A DNA stretch of 64,000 bases from Candidatus Latescibacterota bacterium (lineage in GTDB: Bacteria; Latescibacterota; UBA2968; UBA8231), in contig OZ252098.1 of NCBI GenBank assembly GCA_965248355.1, positions 256,001 through 320,000 of the forward strand, read 5' to 3'. The position numbers were made by a program, and so were the translations under genes. Under the pieces are notes generated by a model. It saw only the letters and a program-made list of their open reading frames with translations, had not been told where the DNA came from and did not search any database. Shown piece by piece: positions 46,619 to 57,282 of this stretch (position 1 is its first letter; each line of letters starts with the position of its first letter).

Positions 46619-47680
46619 TCAACGGAAGGCGCTCTGGTGAAGGGGCCGCTCCTCGGCCGGCCCGGCCGAGGCCGGTGCCGGTTCGCTCCCGAGGCCCGCG
46701 GTGCGGCCCAGGGAGCGGCTCAGGTGGGTGAGGAACATCCAGCCCACCGAGATCCACAGGAGCTTGCGCATGCGCTTGACGATGCCGAGGGACAGACCCA
46801 TGGCCGGGTCGAGTCCAAGGGTGAGGAACAGGAAGACCTGACCTCCTTCGAGGACGCCGATGTTGGAGGGCATGAAGAAGAACAGGCCGTTGATGGCCAC
46901 CGTCAGGGAGGCGATGAGAAAGGCGATCTCGAAGTCGATGCCGGCGCCGAGGGCGCGGAGGATGACGAAGGTCTCGCAGGCGCCCAGGAGCCACCCGCAC
47001 GCGTGGAACAGCAGGACGAGGCCGAAGCGCCCCTTGTGCCGCCGGAAGAAGCGGGAGATGTGGCGATCGATATCCGCCGCCCGGGCCCGGAGGCGCTCGA
47101 TCACCTCGAGACCGAGTCCACAGCGGCGGGCGAAGCCCAGGAGCGAGGAGAAGATGCGCCGCTGCCTGCGGTAGGCCACCCAGAGCAGGAGAACGGCGAG
47201 GGCGAGGAGCAGGGCCATGCCGCCGCGGACCGTGGCGGGCAGGGCCAGGGGCAGCTCCCAGTAGAGGATGACCAGGCCCAGCCCGACCGCGGTGAAGGAC
47301 AGTCCGGTGAAGACCTGGGCCGCCTTGTTGACGACCACCGAGGCCAACCCCCGCGAGATCGGCGACTGGTGGCGCAGCAGGAAGGCCTTGAGGGGCTCGC
47401 CGCCGAGGTTGGCCAGGGGCGTCAGCTGGTTGACGGCCTCGCCCGCGAGCTTGCACATGAACAGGGACGACAGGCGCGGGCGAAAGCCGTCGGCGGGAAA
47501 GGCGAAGCTCCAGGCCACCGAGTTGGTCACGTGCCACGCGAAGGCCAGCAGGACCACCAGCAGGAAGGTCCACCGCATCACCGCCAGGTTGTGGAGGATG
47601 TCCGCCAGACCGAGGGTGCCGATGAGGTAGCCGAGGAGCAGCAGCCCCAGGCCCGGCAGCAGAACGCGGAAGACCTTCAC
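46619..47680 (-). CDS. Lysylphosphatidylglycerol-synthase TM-domain protein (flippase-like, HpnL-like)
   Basis: AGEAVNQLTP.ANLGGEPLK, FFMPSNIGVLEG, KRMRKLLW. GTG overlaps the upstream stop. Confidence 0.85.
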   Translation of the reverse strand: MKVFRVLLPGLGLLLLGYLIGTLGLADILHNLAVMRWTFLLVVLLAFAWHVTNSVAWSFAFPADGFRPRLSSLFMCKLAGEAVNQLTPLANLGGEPLKAFLLRHQSPISRGLASVVVNKAAQVFTGLSFTAVGLGLVILYWELPLALPATVRGGMALLLALAVLLLWVAYRRQRRIFSSLLGFARRCGLGLEVIERLRARAADIDRHISRFFRRHKGRFGLVLLFHACGWLLGACETFVILRALGAGIDFEIAFLIASLTVAINGLFFFMPSNIGVLEGGQVFLFLTLGLDPAMGLSLGIVKRMRKLLWISVGWMFLTHLSRSLGRTAGLGSEPAPASAGPAEERPLHQSAFR

Positions 47681-49071
47681 CGGCTGGCGATCCCTCCGGG
47701 CCCCGGGGCCGTCCCAGGGTCGGAAGCGGGCGGGGCCCCCTCGGCCCCGCGCTGGTGGGCGGCCAGCATCTTGCCCTGGGACAACAGGACGCCGAGGGCG
47801 ACCACGTGCAGGCCGCCCACGGTGAACAGGTAGATCAGGTCGAAGGCCCCGAGGAGGGCGAAGAGGAAGTGCACGAAGGAGAAGGAGTCGCGCTTGGCCA
47901 GGAAGGCGTAGCGCTCGAGGGCGCGGTAGAGGGCGCCCTTCTCCGCGTGGGGCACGTGGCGGGCGAAGCCGACGATGTAGTTCTGCAGCGACCCCGACCC
48001 GGTGCGCACCGCGTAGTGGTACATGATCCCCAGGGTGAGGAGCATGGCGGCCACCGCGGACAGGCCGGCGTAGAGGTAGAGGGGCTGTCCGGGGTGCAGC
48101 CCGTGGGCCGCCTTCAGGAAGGCGGCGTAGGCGATCACGTAGGCCAGATTGTCGGTCACCGTGTCGAACCAGGCGCCGAACTTCGACTCGCACAGCTTGA
48201 CCCGGGCGATCTCCCCGTCGCAGCGGTCGAGGACGGCCGCCATCTGCCAGAGGAACCCCGCCAGGGCCAGGCGCCAGTACGGTTCCGGGTGCGAGATCAG
48301 CCAGGCGGCGCCCAGGCCGGTGGTCAGCACGAACAGGATCGTCACCAGGTGCGGCGACAGGCCGGTCTCGATGAGCACCATGCTGATGGGGATCGAGAGA
48401 CGGGAGTTGATGTGGCGGGAGACGGGGCCGCTCGTCTTCTTGGTGACCTGTCCGAAGAGCATGGCCTTGGCCTGTCGGGCGCTGCGGCGGTCCACGACGC
48501 GGCGCCACAGGGACGGGTCGCCCTCGGCGGTCCGCACCCGGCGGCCGGCGGCGCGGGCGCAGAGCGACTCGAGGACGGGGCCGCCGCCGGCGACGACCTC
48601 GTGCGGGCGAATGGCCCCGTCGCACAACAGCGCCCCCGTGCCGACCGGCGGCCGGGCGCCGCCGGGCCGCAGAACCCCGGTGAGGGCGAGAAAGGAGAGC
48701 CGCCCCTGGTCTGGCGGCGGCGAGACCTGGGCCACCAGCCCGTCGCCGGGAACCCCGCCATCGACCAGGGCCGTGAGCGAGGTGTGGTGATGGACGTGGT
48801 CCCCGAGGAGGACCAGCACCCGTTCGCCGGCGCCGAAGGTGGTGCGCGGCGAATCCCCCCACGCCACGATCTCGATATCGAGATCGTGGCGGCGGACGAG
48901 GCGCCCGGGAGAGGGGGAGAGCCCCCCGGGGACGGCCACCACGAGGCGGCCCACGCCGGCGCGGGCCATGGTGAGGATCCCGCGGTCGAGGGTCGTGAGG
49001 CCGCCGAAACGGCGCCCGGCGATCCAGGCGCCCCGGGGGCTGTCCTCGAACACCAGCAGGCCGCCGGTCAT
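47677..49071 (-). CDS. CDP-alcohol phosphatidyltransferase with degenerate N-terminal nucleotidyltransferase-like domain
   Basis: Signature DRCDGEIAR......FGAWFDTVTD; GPVSRHINS linker; N-terminal GGLTTLDR.I....RAG lacks the GxGxR motif. Confidence 0.88.
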   Translation of the reverse strand: MTGGLLVFEDSPRGAWIAGRRFGGLTTLDRGILTMARAGVGRLVVAVPGGLSPSPGRLVRRHDLDIEIVAWGDSPRTTFGAGERVLVLLGDHVHHHTSLTALVDGGVPGDGLVAQVSPPPDQGRLSFLALTGVLRPGGARPPVGTGALLCDGAIRPHEVVAGGGPVLESLCARAAGRRVRTAEGDPSLWRRVVDRRSARQAKAMLFGQVTKKTSGPVSRHINSRLSIPISMVLIETGLSPHLVTILFVLTTGLGAAWLISHPEPYWRLALAGFLWQMAAVLDRCDGEIARVKLCESKFGAWFDTVTDNLAYVIAYAAFLKAAHGLHPGQPLYLYAGLSAVAAMLLTLGIMYHYAVRTGSGSLQNYIVGFARHVPHAEKGALYRALERYAFLAKRDSFSFVHFLFALLGAFDLIYLFTVGGLHVVALGVLLSQGKMLAAHQRGAEGAPPASDPGTAPGPGGIASR

Positions 49072-49832
49072 GCGGGCTCTCGCAGCGATGGGGTCGCCAG
49101 GGCGCCGGCCTCGTACTCCTCGACGCGAAGGCGCACATCGAGCAGATCCTCGGCCGTGTCGATGTCCGAACAGGGCAGGTCGCCGATGTCGAGGCAGCGG
49201 ACGGGGCAACCGGCCTCAGCCATCCGCCGGACGCCGTCCAGATAGAAGCCGTGCAGGGCCTCCTCTTCCTCCACCGCCTCCTCGAGGACGCGGCGCAGCA
49301 GACGACTGCCGTCGCCGGTGACCCGCATGATGCCGACCGACTCGGCCTGCGCCCGGGCGGGATGGAGACCCTTGCCGATCCTGGCGAGGCGCCCGCCCTG
49401 GATCTCCACCTTCATGTCGTCCTCGTCGTAGGCGGCCTTGCGGTGCACCAGCAGGGTGCAGGGCCCGGGCTCCCCGTCGAGCAGAGGTCGCAGGACCTGG
49501 GGGTGGAAGACGTTGTCGCCGTTGAGCACGAGCAGGTCGTCGCCGATCTCGGAGCGCGCCGACCACAGGCTGATGAGGTTGTCGGAGATGGCGAAGAAGG
49601 GATTGTAGACGACGCGGACGGCCACGGGGGCCGAGGCTTCCACCTGGCGCCGCACCGCCTCGGCGCCGAAACCGGCGACGATGGTCACGCCTTCCACGCC
49701 CGCTGCGGCGAGGCGCTCCAACTGGTGCTCGAGAATCGTGCGCGGACCCACCGGCAACAGGCACTTGGGGCGCTCCGATGTGTACGGCAGGAGGCGGCGG
49801 CCACGGCCGGCGGCCAGGATCAGTGCGTTCAA
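49068..49832 (-). CDS. Phosphocholine-cytidylyltransferase-like (LicC family) nucleotidyltransferase
   Basis: ALILAAGRGRRL...PKCL, VYNPF..SDNLISL, NGD, YDEDDMKV, ESVG, DIDT.EDL. Start TTG 49832. Confidence 0.88.
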   Translation of the reverse strand: MNALILAAGRGRRLLPYTSERPKCLLPVGPRTILEHQLERLAAAGVEGVTIVAGFGAEAVRRQVEASAPVAVRVVYNPFFAISDNLISLWSARSEIGDDLLVLNGDNVFHPQVLRPLLDGEPGPCTLLVHRKAAYDEDDMKVEIQGGRLARIGKGLHPARAQAESVGIMRVTGDGSRLLRRVLEEAVEEEEALHGFYLDGVRRMAEAGCPVRCLDIGDLPCSDIDTAEDLLDVRLRVEEYEAGALATPSLREPA

Positions 49833-50079
49833 CGGTATCGGCGTGCGGGGCGAAGGGAGACGTCGGGGCGCCTGCCCACGGACGAAGGCAGAGCGCCTCC
49901 GGTGAGTGCGCGCCCTCGGAGGCGGCGGGAACCCCGGTTCGGGGGCCGGATCAGCTTGGTGAAAAGTAGCCATAAACCTCGGTCCGCGGCAACGATATGG
50001 GGTCATTCCCTCCGCCGTATATTGACGTTTCGGCACCGGGCCGTATCCCGGACCCCTTCTCCGGCACGGAGGTTCCCGA

Positions 50080-50802
50080 CTGCGCGCCATCATCCTCGCC
50101 GCCGGGGCCGGTACCCGGCTCCGCCCGCTCACGGAGAGCCGGCCGAAGTGCCTGGTCCCGGTGGCGGGACGGGCTCTGATCGACCGCCAGCTGGACGGGC
50201 TCACCGGCATCGGGGTGCGGGACGTGGTCGTGGTCACAGGATTCGAGGCCGGCCAGGTACGCTCCCATCTCGGCGGCCGGGCTCGCTGCGTCGTCAACGA
50301 CGACTGGCCGACGACGAACAGCATCGAATCGCTGCACCGGGCACGCCGCTACCTGGAGGGGGACACCTTCCTGCTCAACTGCGATATCCTGTTTGAACGG
50401 GCCGCCGTGGAGCGCCTCGGGACAGCTGCGGGCAGCAGCATCGCCGTCGACTCCCGGGCGGTCCGGGAAGCCGGGGAGATGAACGTGCGGATCGGCCCGT
50501 CGGGCCGGGTTGCGGAGATCGGCAAGCACCTGGACCCGGCCCGGTCGCAGGCGGTGAGCGCGCAGCTGGTCCGCTTCGACGCCGCCGGGTCGGAGTTGGT
50601 TCGGCGGGAGGTCGAACGCCTGGTGCGCGGGGGAGGAGGCGGGGCCTTTCCCCCCTCGGCGTACGGACCGCTGATCCGGTCCGGAGGGCTGCGCCCCGTG
50701 GAGACCGGGGATCTCCCCTGGTTCGAGATCGACTCCCTGGAGGACTATCGGCGAGCCTCCCGGCAGCTGGCCCGGCGGCGGCCCGGTGGCGGCCTGCCAT
50801 GA
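50080..50802 (+). CDS. Second LicC-like nucleotidyltransferase (probable CTG start)
   Basis: In-frame extension upstream of the track start gives (M)RAIILAAGAGTRLRPLTESRPKCLVPV. GGAGG lies 7 nt before CTG 50080. C-terminal WFEIDSLEDY. Confidence 0.85.
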   Translation: MRAIILAAGAGTRLRPLTESRPKCLVPVAGRALIDRQLDGLTGIGVRDVVVVTGFEAGQVRSHLGGRARCVVNDDWPTTNSIESLHRARRYLEGDTFLLNCDILFERAAVERLGTAAGSSIAVDSRAVREAGEMNVRIGPSGRVAEIGKHLDPARSQAVSAQLVRFDAAGSELVRREVERLVRGGGGGAFPPSAYGPLIRSGGLRPVETGDLPWFEIDSLEDYRRASRQLARRRPGGGLP

Positions 50803-53588
50803 GGGATCGAATCGAGATCCGCGGGGCCCGCGAGCACAACCTGCAGGCCGTGGACCTGGACCTTCCCCACGGCCGGCTCATCGTCCTCACCGGCGTCTCC
50901 GGCTCGGGCAAGTCGAGCCTGGCCTTCGACACCATCTACGCCGAGGCCCGGCGGCGTTTCCTGCTGACGGCCGAAGGGGGAGCCGCCGCCTTCGCCCAGC
51001 GGCTGCAGCCGCCGCGGGTGCAGCGCATCGACGGGCTGCGGCCGGCCCTGGCCATCGCCCAGGCGCGCCATCGTCCGTCGTCGCGCTCGACGGCGGCCAC
51101 GATCACCGGGCTGGCGGACTACCTGCGGCTGTTGTGGGCCCGGGTCGGCCGGCCCCGCTGCCTGGAATGCGGCGAGCCGGTGGCCGCCCACGCCTTCGAG
51201 GAGGTCCTGGAGCGGGCCTCGGGCCGGCCCGAGGGCAGCCGGCTGGTGGTGACGGCTCCCCTGCCGCCGCCGGCCACGGCGGACGGGGCCCGGGAGCTGA
51301 TCGCCGAGGTCGAGCGCAGCGGCTACCGGCGGCTCCGCTGCGGCCCCGAGACCCTGGTGCTGGAGGATGTGGAGCCCTCCCGGATCGTCGGCCGTCCCCT
51401 GGAGGTGGTCGTCGACCGGGTCAAGGTCAAGACGGACACCCGGCGGCGGTTGCGGGGCTCCCTGCAGGCGGCGGTCCAGCTCGGCCGCGGGCGCGTCGGC
51501 CTCGTCGATCCGGCCACCGGCGCCGAGGAGCGCTACAGCGTGCGGCCCGCCTGCGCCGGTTGCGGGGCCGCCTTCCCGGACATCTCCGCCGCGCTGTTCA
51601 GCTTCAACAGCCCGGCCGGCGCCTGCCCGGACTGCCACGGCACCGGACGCTCCGCGGGCAGCTCCTTCGAGCGGCTGCTGTCGGCGGGCGAGCCTCCGGC
51701 GGCGTCCCTGGCGGTGCTGTGGGAGCGCTTCGGCCATCGCCGTCTCCAGCGGGAGGTGGACGGATTCTGCCGGCGCGCCCGGGTCGACCCGTCGGAGCCC
51801 CTCTCGGAGTGGCCGGAGGAGGTGGTCCGCGCCCTGTGGGAGGGCGAACGGCCCCGGCCCCGCGGCAAGCCCTTCCCCGGGCTGCGGCGCTGGCTCGATG
51901 CGAGAGCCGGGGCGGCGGACGACCGCGAGGAGCGCGCCTGGCTGGAGGAGGTGCAGGAGAGCGGGGCCGGGGAGTCGCCCTGCGGCGGGTGCGGGGGCCG
52001 CCGCTTGTCGGCCGCCGCCCTGGCCGTCCGCATCGACGGGGAGAGCATCGCCGATCTGCTGGGCCGCACCCTCTCCGAAGCCGCCGAATGGCTCCAAGGG
52101 GTCGCCATCGCCCCCGAGCAGCGGGCCCTGGCCGACCACATCCTCGACGTCGTCCGCCAGGGAGTGGCGGTGATGCTCGACCTCGGACTGGGATACCTCA
52201 CCCTGGACCGGCGGGCGCCGACGCTGTCGGCCGGGGAGCTGCAGCGCCTGCAACTTGTGGCCGCCCTCGGCTCGGGTCTGTCCCAGGTCCTCTACGTCCT
52301 CGACGAACCCAGCGCCGGCCTGCACGGGCGGGACACCCGCCGCCTGGGGGCCGCCCTCGAGCGGCTCCGGGACCGGGGCAACTCCGTGCTGGTCGTCGAG
52401 CACGATCTGGACCTGGTCAGGGCCGCCGACCTGCTCGTGGAGCTCGGACCCGGCGCCGGCGACCAGGGCGGACGCCTGCTCTTTCGGGGGCCGCCCCGGG
52501 AAGCCGGGACCGCCGGCACCGCCACCGGCCAGGCCCTGGCCGGGGACGGACCGGCGCGGCGCAATCGCACCCCGGGCGCCGGCGGCTGGCTGGAGCTTCT
52601 GGGCGCCCGCGGTCACAACCTGCAGGGCGTCGACCTGTCCCTCCCCCTCGGCTGCCTGGTGAGCGTCACGGGCGTCTCCGGCTCGGGCAAGAGCAGTCTC
52701 GTCCATCACACCCTGCACGCCGCCCTCGCCGCCCGCCTGCAGGGCGCCGGACGCCGGCCCCTGCCCTTCGACGAGTTGCGGGGATCCGAGGCCCTGGAGC
52801 GGGTGGTCGCCGTGGATCAGTCTCCCATCGGCCGCACGGCGCGCTCGAACGCGGCCACCTACACCGGGCTCATGGCCGTCCTGCGACAGCTGTTCGCCGA
52901 GTTGCCCGAGTCCCGGCTGCGCGGCTACCACGCCGGCCACTTCAGCTTCAACAGCGCCGGCGCCTGCAGCCGCTGCGGCGGCACCGGCCGCGAGCCGGAG
53001 GCGGCCGTCGACCTGGAGGATCTGCCCCTGCCCTGCGGGCGCTGCGCGGGCACCCGCTACCGGCGGGAGGTCCTGGAGATCCGCTTCCGCGGCCTGTCGA
53101 TCGCGGAAGCGCTGGAGCTGAGCGTGGCCGAGGCGGGGCTCCGGTTCGCCAACGTGCCCGAGGCCGCCCGGCGCCTGGGGCTGCTCACCGATCTCGGACT
53201 GGGGTACCTGCGTCTCGGTCAGCCGGCGAGTCACCTCAGCGGCGGCGAGGCCCAGCGGGTGAAGCTGTCGGCCGAGCTCGGCCGGCCGGCGGTGGAGCGC
53301 ACCCTCTATCTCCTGGACGAGCCCACCTCCGGGCTGCACCGCCGCGACGCGGCCTTCCTCGTGGAGCTGCTTCAGCGTCTGGTCGACCGCGGCCACACGG
53401 TGCTCGTGGTCGAGCACGACCCGTACGTGATCGCCGCCTCCGACCACGTCGTCGACCTCGGTCCCGAGGCCGGAGGCGATGGGGGGCGGGTGGTGGTGAC
53501 GGGCACGCCGGACGAGGTCGCCGCCTGCGAGGCCTCGCACACCGGCCGGGTTCTCCGGGCGGCCTTTCCCGCGGTCCCGGGGGTTTGA
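50799..53588 (+). CDS. UvrA-family ABC ATPase, divergent paralogue
   Basis: GAREHNL, two GVSGSGKSS Walker A motifs, LSAGE and LSGGE signatures, LDEP, CxxC zinc-finger pairs, FSFN motifs. Confidence 0.9.
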   Translation: MRDRIEIRGAREHNLQAVDLDLPHGRLIVLTGVSGSGKSSLAFDTIYAEARRRFLLTAEGGAAAFAQRLQPPRVQRIDGLRPALAIAQARHRPSSRSTAATITGLADYLRLLWARVGRPRCLECGEPVAAHAFEEVLERASGRPEGSRLVVTAPLPPPATADGARELIAEVERSGYRRLRCGPETLVLEDVEPSRIVGRPLEVVVDRVKVKTDTRRRLRGSLQAAVQLGRGRVGLVDPATGAEERYSVRPACAGCGAAFPDISAALFSFNSPAGACPDCHGTGRSAGSSFERLLSAGEPPAASLAVLWERFGHRRLQREVDGFCRRARVDPSEPLSEWPEEVVRALWEGERPRPRGKPFPGLRRWLDARAGAADDREERAWLEEVQESGAGESPCGGCGGRRLSAAALAVRIDGESIADLLGRTLSEAAEWLQGVAIAPEQRALADHILDVVRQGVAVMLDLGLGYLTLDRRAPTLSAGELQRLQLVAALGSGLSQVLYVLDEPSAGLHGRDTRRLGAALERLRDRGNSVLVVEHDLDLVRAADLLVELGPGAGDQGGRLLFRGPPREAGTAGTATGQALAGDGPARRNRTPGAGGWLELLGARGHNLQGVDLSLPLGCLVSVTGVSGSGKSSLVHHTLHAALAARLQGAGRRPLPFDELRGSEALERVVAVDQSPIGRTARSNAATYTGLMAVLRQLFAELPESRLRGYHAGHFSFNSAGACSRCGGTGREPEAAVDLEDLPLPCGRCAGTRYRREVLEIRFRGLSIAEALELSVAEAGLRFANVPEAARRLGLLTDLGLGYLRLGQPASHLSGGEAQRVKLSAELGRPAVERTLYLLDEPTSGLHRRDAAFLVELLQRLVDRGHTVLVVEHDPYVIAASDHVVDLGPEAGGDGGRVVVTGTPDEVAACEASHTGRVLRAAFPAVPGV

Positions 53589-55553
<1,965 letters not shown>

Positions 55554-55569
55554 CCCGGCTCCGGACCGG

Positions 55570-55598
55570 TTGAGAGGGCGCGGGGGCACGGGTATATT
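55570..55598 (+). promoter_or_regulatory. Sigma70-like promoter
   Basis: TTGAGA(55570)-N17-TATATT(55593), followed by AAGGAG RBS and ATG 55622. Confidence 0.6.
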
Positions 55599-55621
55599 GG
55601 CCCGCCCCAAACAAGGAGCGG

Positions 55622-56626
55622 ATGATGGCGGGACCGATCCGGGTCGGATTCATCGGTTGCGGCGGGAATGCCTCGGGCCACATAGGGCAGGTTCTGCAGA
55701 TCCCCGAGGCCGAGGTGGCGGCCCTGTGCGACCCCAGCCAGGCGAGCCTGGACCGGGCCTTGGAGCGCAACGAGGGGGCCCGGCACGCCGGGCTGTTCTC
55801 CGACCACCCGCGGATGCTCGACGAGGTCGAGCTCGACGCGGTGGAGATCTCGACGCCCCATACCCTGCATTTCCAGCAGATCATGGACAGCCTCGACAGG
55901 GGCTGCCACGTCCTCACCGAGAAGCCCATGGTCTGCACCGTCGATCACGCGCACCAGGTGATCCGCCGGGCCCGGGAGACGGAGCGGATCCTGATGGTCT
56001 CCTACCAGCGGCATCTGGAGCCCGTGTACCGGTTCGTGCGCAACCAGGTCCAGGCCGGCGAGCTGGGTCAGGTGCAGTTCGTCTCCGCCCTGCAGGACCA
56101 GGGCTGGTACCGCGCCCAGCAGGGCCAGTGGCGCCAGGATCCGGCCCTGTCGGGCGGCGGTCAGCTCAACGACTCGGGCAGTCACCTCCTCGACATCGTG
56201 CTGTGGATGACCGGCCTGGCCGTCGAGGAGGTGCAGGCGTGGATGGACAGCTTCGACACCGAGGTGGACGTCAACTCGGCCATGAGCCTGCGCTTCCGTG
56301 GCGGGGCCCTGGGCAACCTGTCGGTGGTCGGCAACGCCCCCACCGGCGGCATCTGGGAGGACATCACCATCTGGGGCTCGAAGGCCGCCGTCTACATCCG
56401 CAACGGCAGGCTGACCTACAAGAGAGCCGGCCACGGCGACGCCTGGGAGCCCAGCGGCCTGCCGGGCGCCGGGTCCCCCGACCGCAACTTCTTCGACGCC
56501 ATCCTCGGACGCGACGAGGTGCAGGTGCCTCCCGAGTGCGGCCTGCGGGTCATCGAGCTGACCGAGGCGGCCTGGGAGTCGGCGCGCACGGGCGCACCGG
56601 TGAAGGTCGCCGCCACCGCCGACTGA
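55622..56626 (+). CDS. Gfo/Idh/MocA family oxidoreductase
   Basis: GFIGCGG, ISTPH, HVLTEKPM, GGGQLNDSGSH. Confidence 0.9.
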   Translation: MMAGPIRVGFIGCGGNASGHIGQVLQIPEAEVAALCDPSQASLDRALERNEGARHAGLFSDHPRMLDEVELDAVEISTPHTLHFQQIMDSLDRGCHVLTEKPMVCTVDHAHQVIRRARETERILMVSYQRHLEPVYRFVRNQVQAGELGQVQFVSALQDQGWYRAQQGQWRQDPALSGGGQLNDSGSHLLDIVLWMTGLAVEEVQAWMDSFDTEVDVNSAMSLRFRGGALGNLSVVGNAPTGGIWEDITIWGSKAAVYIRNGRLTYKRAGHGDAWEPSGLPGAGSPDRNFFDAILGRDEVQVPPECGLRVIELTEAAWESARTGAPVKVAATAD

Positions 56627-56639
56627 CGAGGAGGACGAC

Positions 56640-57221
56640 GTGAGCTGGACGGAGTTGTTCAACGGCCGGGACCTGAGCGGCTGGGCCGCCACCGGAGACG
56701 AGGGCGGCTGGGACGTGGACGACGGCTGCATTCGCTGCCGGGCCGAGAACGGCGGCTACCTGTACACCCTGGACCGGTTCGAGGACTTCGAGCTGGCCCT
56801 GGAGTACCGCACCGAGCCGCGGTGCAACAGCGGCGTGTTCTTCCGCTGGTCCGACCTGCGGGATCCGGTGAACACGGGACTGGAGATCCAGATCCTGGAC
56901 ACCTTGGGCCAGGAGCAGGACCGGTACTCCTCCGGGGCGCTCTACGATCTGGTCGCCCCGGCGCGGGACGTGGCCCGGCCGGCCGGGGAGTGGAACCGGA
57001 TGCTGCTCACCTGCCGGGGTCCGCGCATGCGGCTGGAGCAGAACGGCCTGCGCGCCTGGGACGTCGACGTCGACGCCTACGACACCCCCGGACGATGCCC
57101 CGACGGCACTCCGAACAAGTACCGCTACGCCTGGAAGGGGATGCCCCGCCTCGGCCACATCGGCCTGCAGGACCACGGCGGCGTCTGCTGGTTCCGCAAC
57201 CTGCGCTTGAGGACGGGATGA
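56640..57221 (+). CDS. DUF1080 (3-keto-disaccharide hydrolase/lyase-like) protein
   Basis: LFNGRDLSGW, NSGVFFR, EIQILD, GEWN, GHIGLQDHG..WFRN; GAGGAGG RBS. Confidence 0.9.
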   Translation: MSWTELFNGRDLSGWAATGDEGGWDVDDGCIRCRAENGGYLYTLDRFEDFELALEYRTEPRCNSGVFFRWSDLRDPVNTGLEIQILDTLGQEQDRYSSGALYDLVAPARDVARPAGEWNRMLLTCRGPRMRLEQNGLRAWDVDVDAYDTPGRCPDGTPNKYRYAWKGMPRLGHIGLQDHGGVCWFRNLRLRTG

Positions 57222-57282
57222 TGACGCTTCCCATGGTGTCCCGGCCATCCCGAACCTGCCGCCCGCGAGCGGCCGAGGGCTG

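Noticed and set aside
3736-49209. Apparent giant N-terminal extensions or fusions in the ORF track (RecD2 893 aa, SDR 916 aa, GlgB 1213 aa, TolC 773 aa, flippase 839 aa and others)
   Set aside because: The extensions are low-complexity off-frame translations of the upstream gene; real starts coincide with stop/start overlaps.
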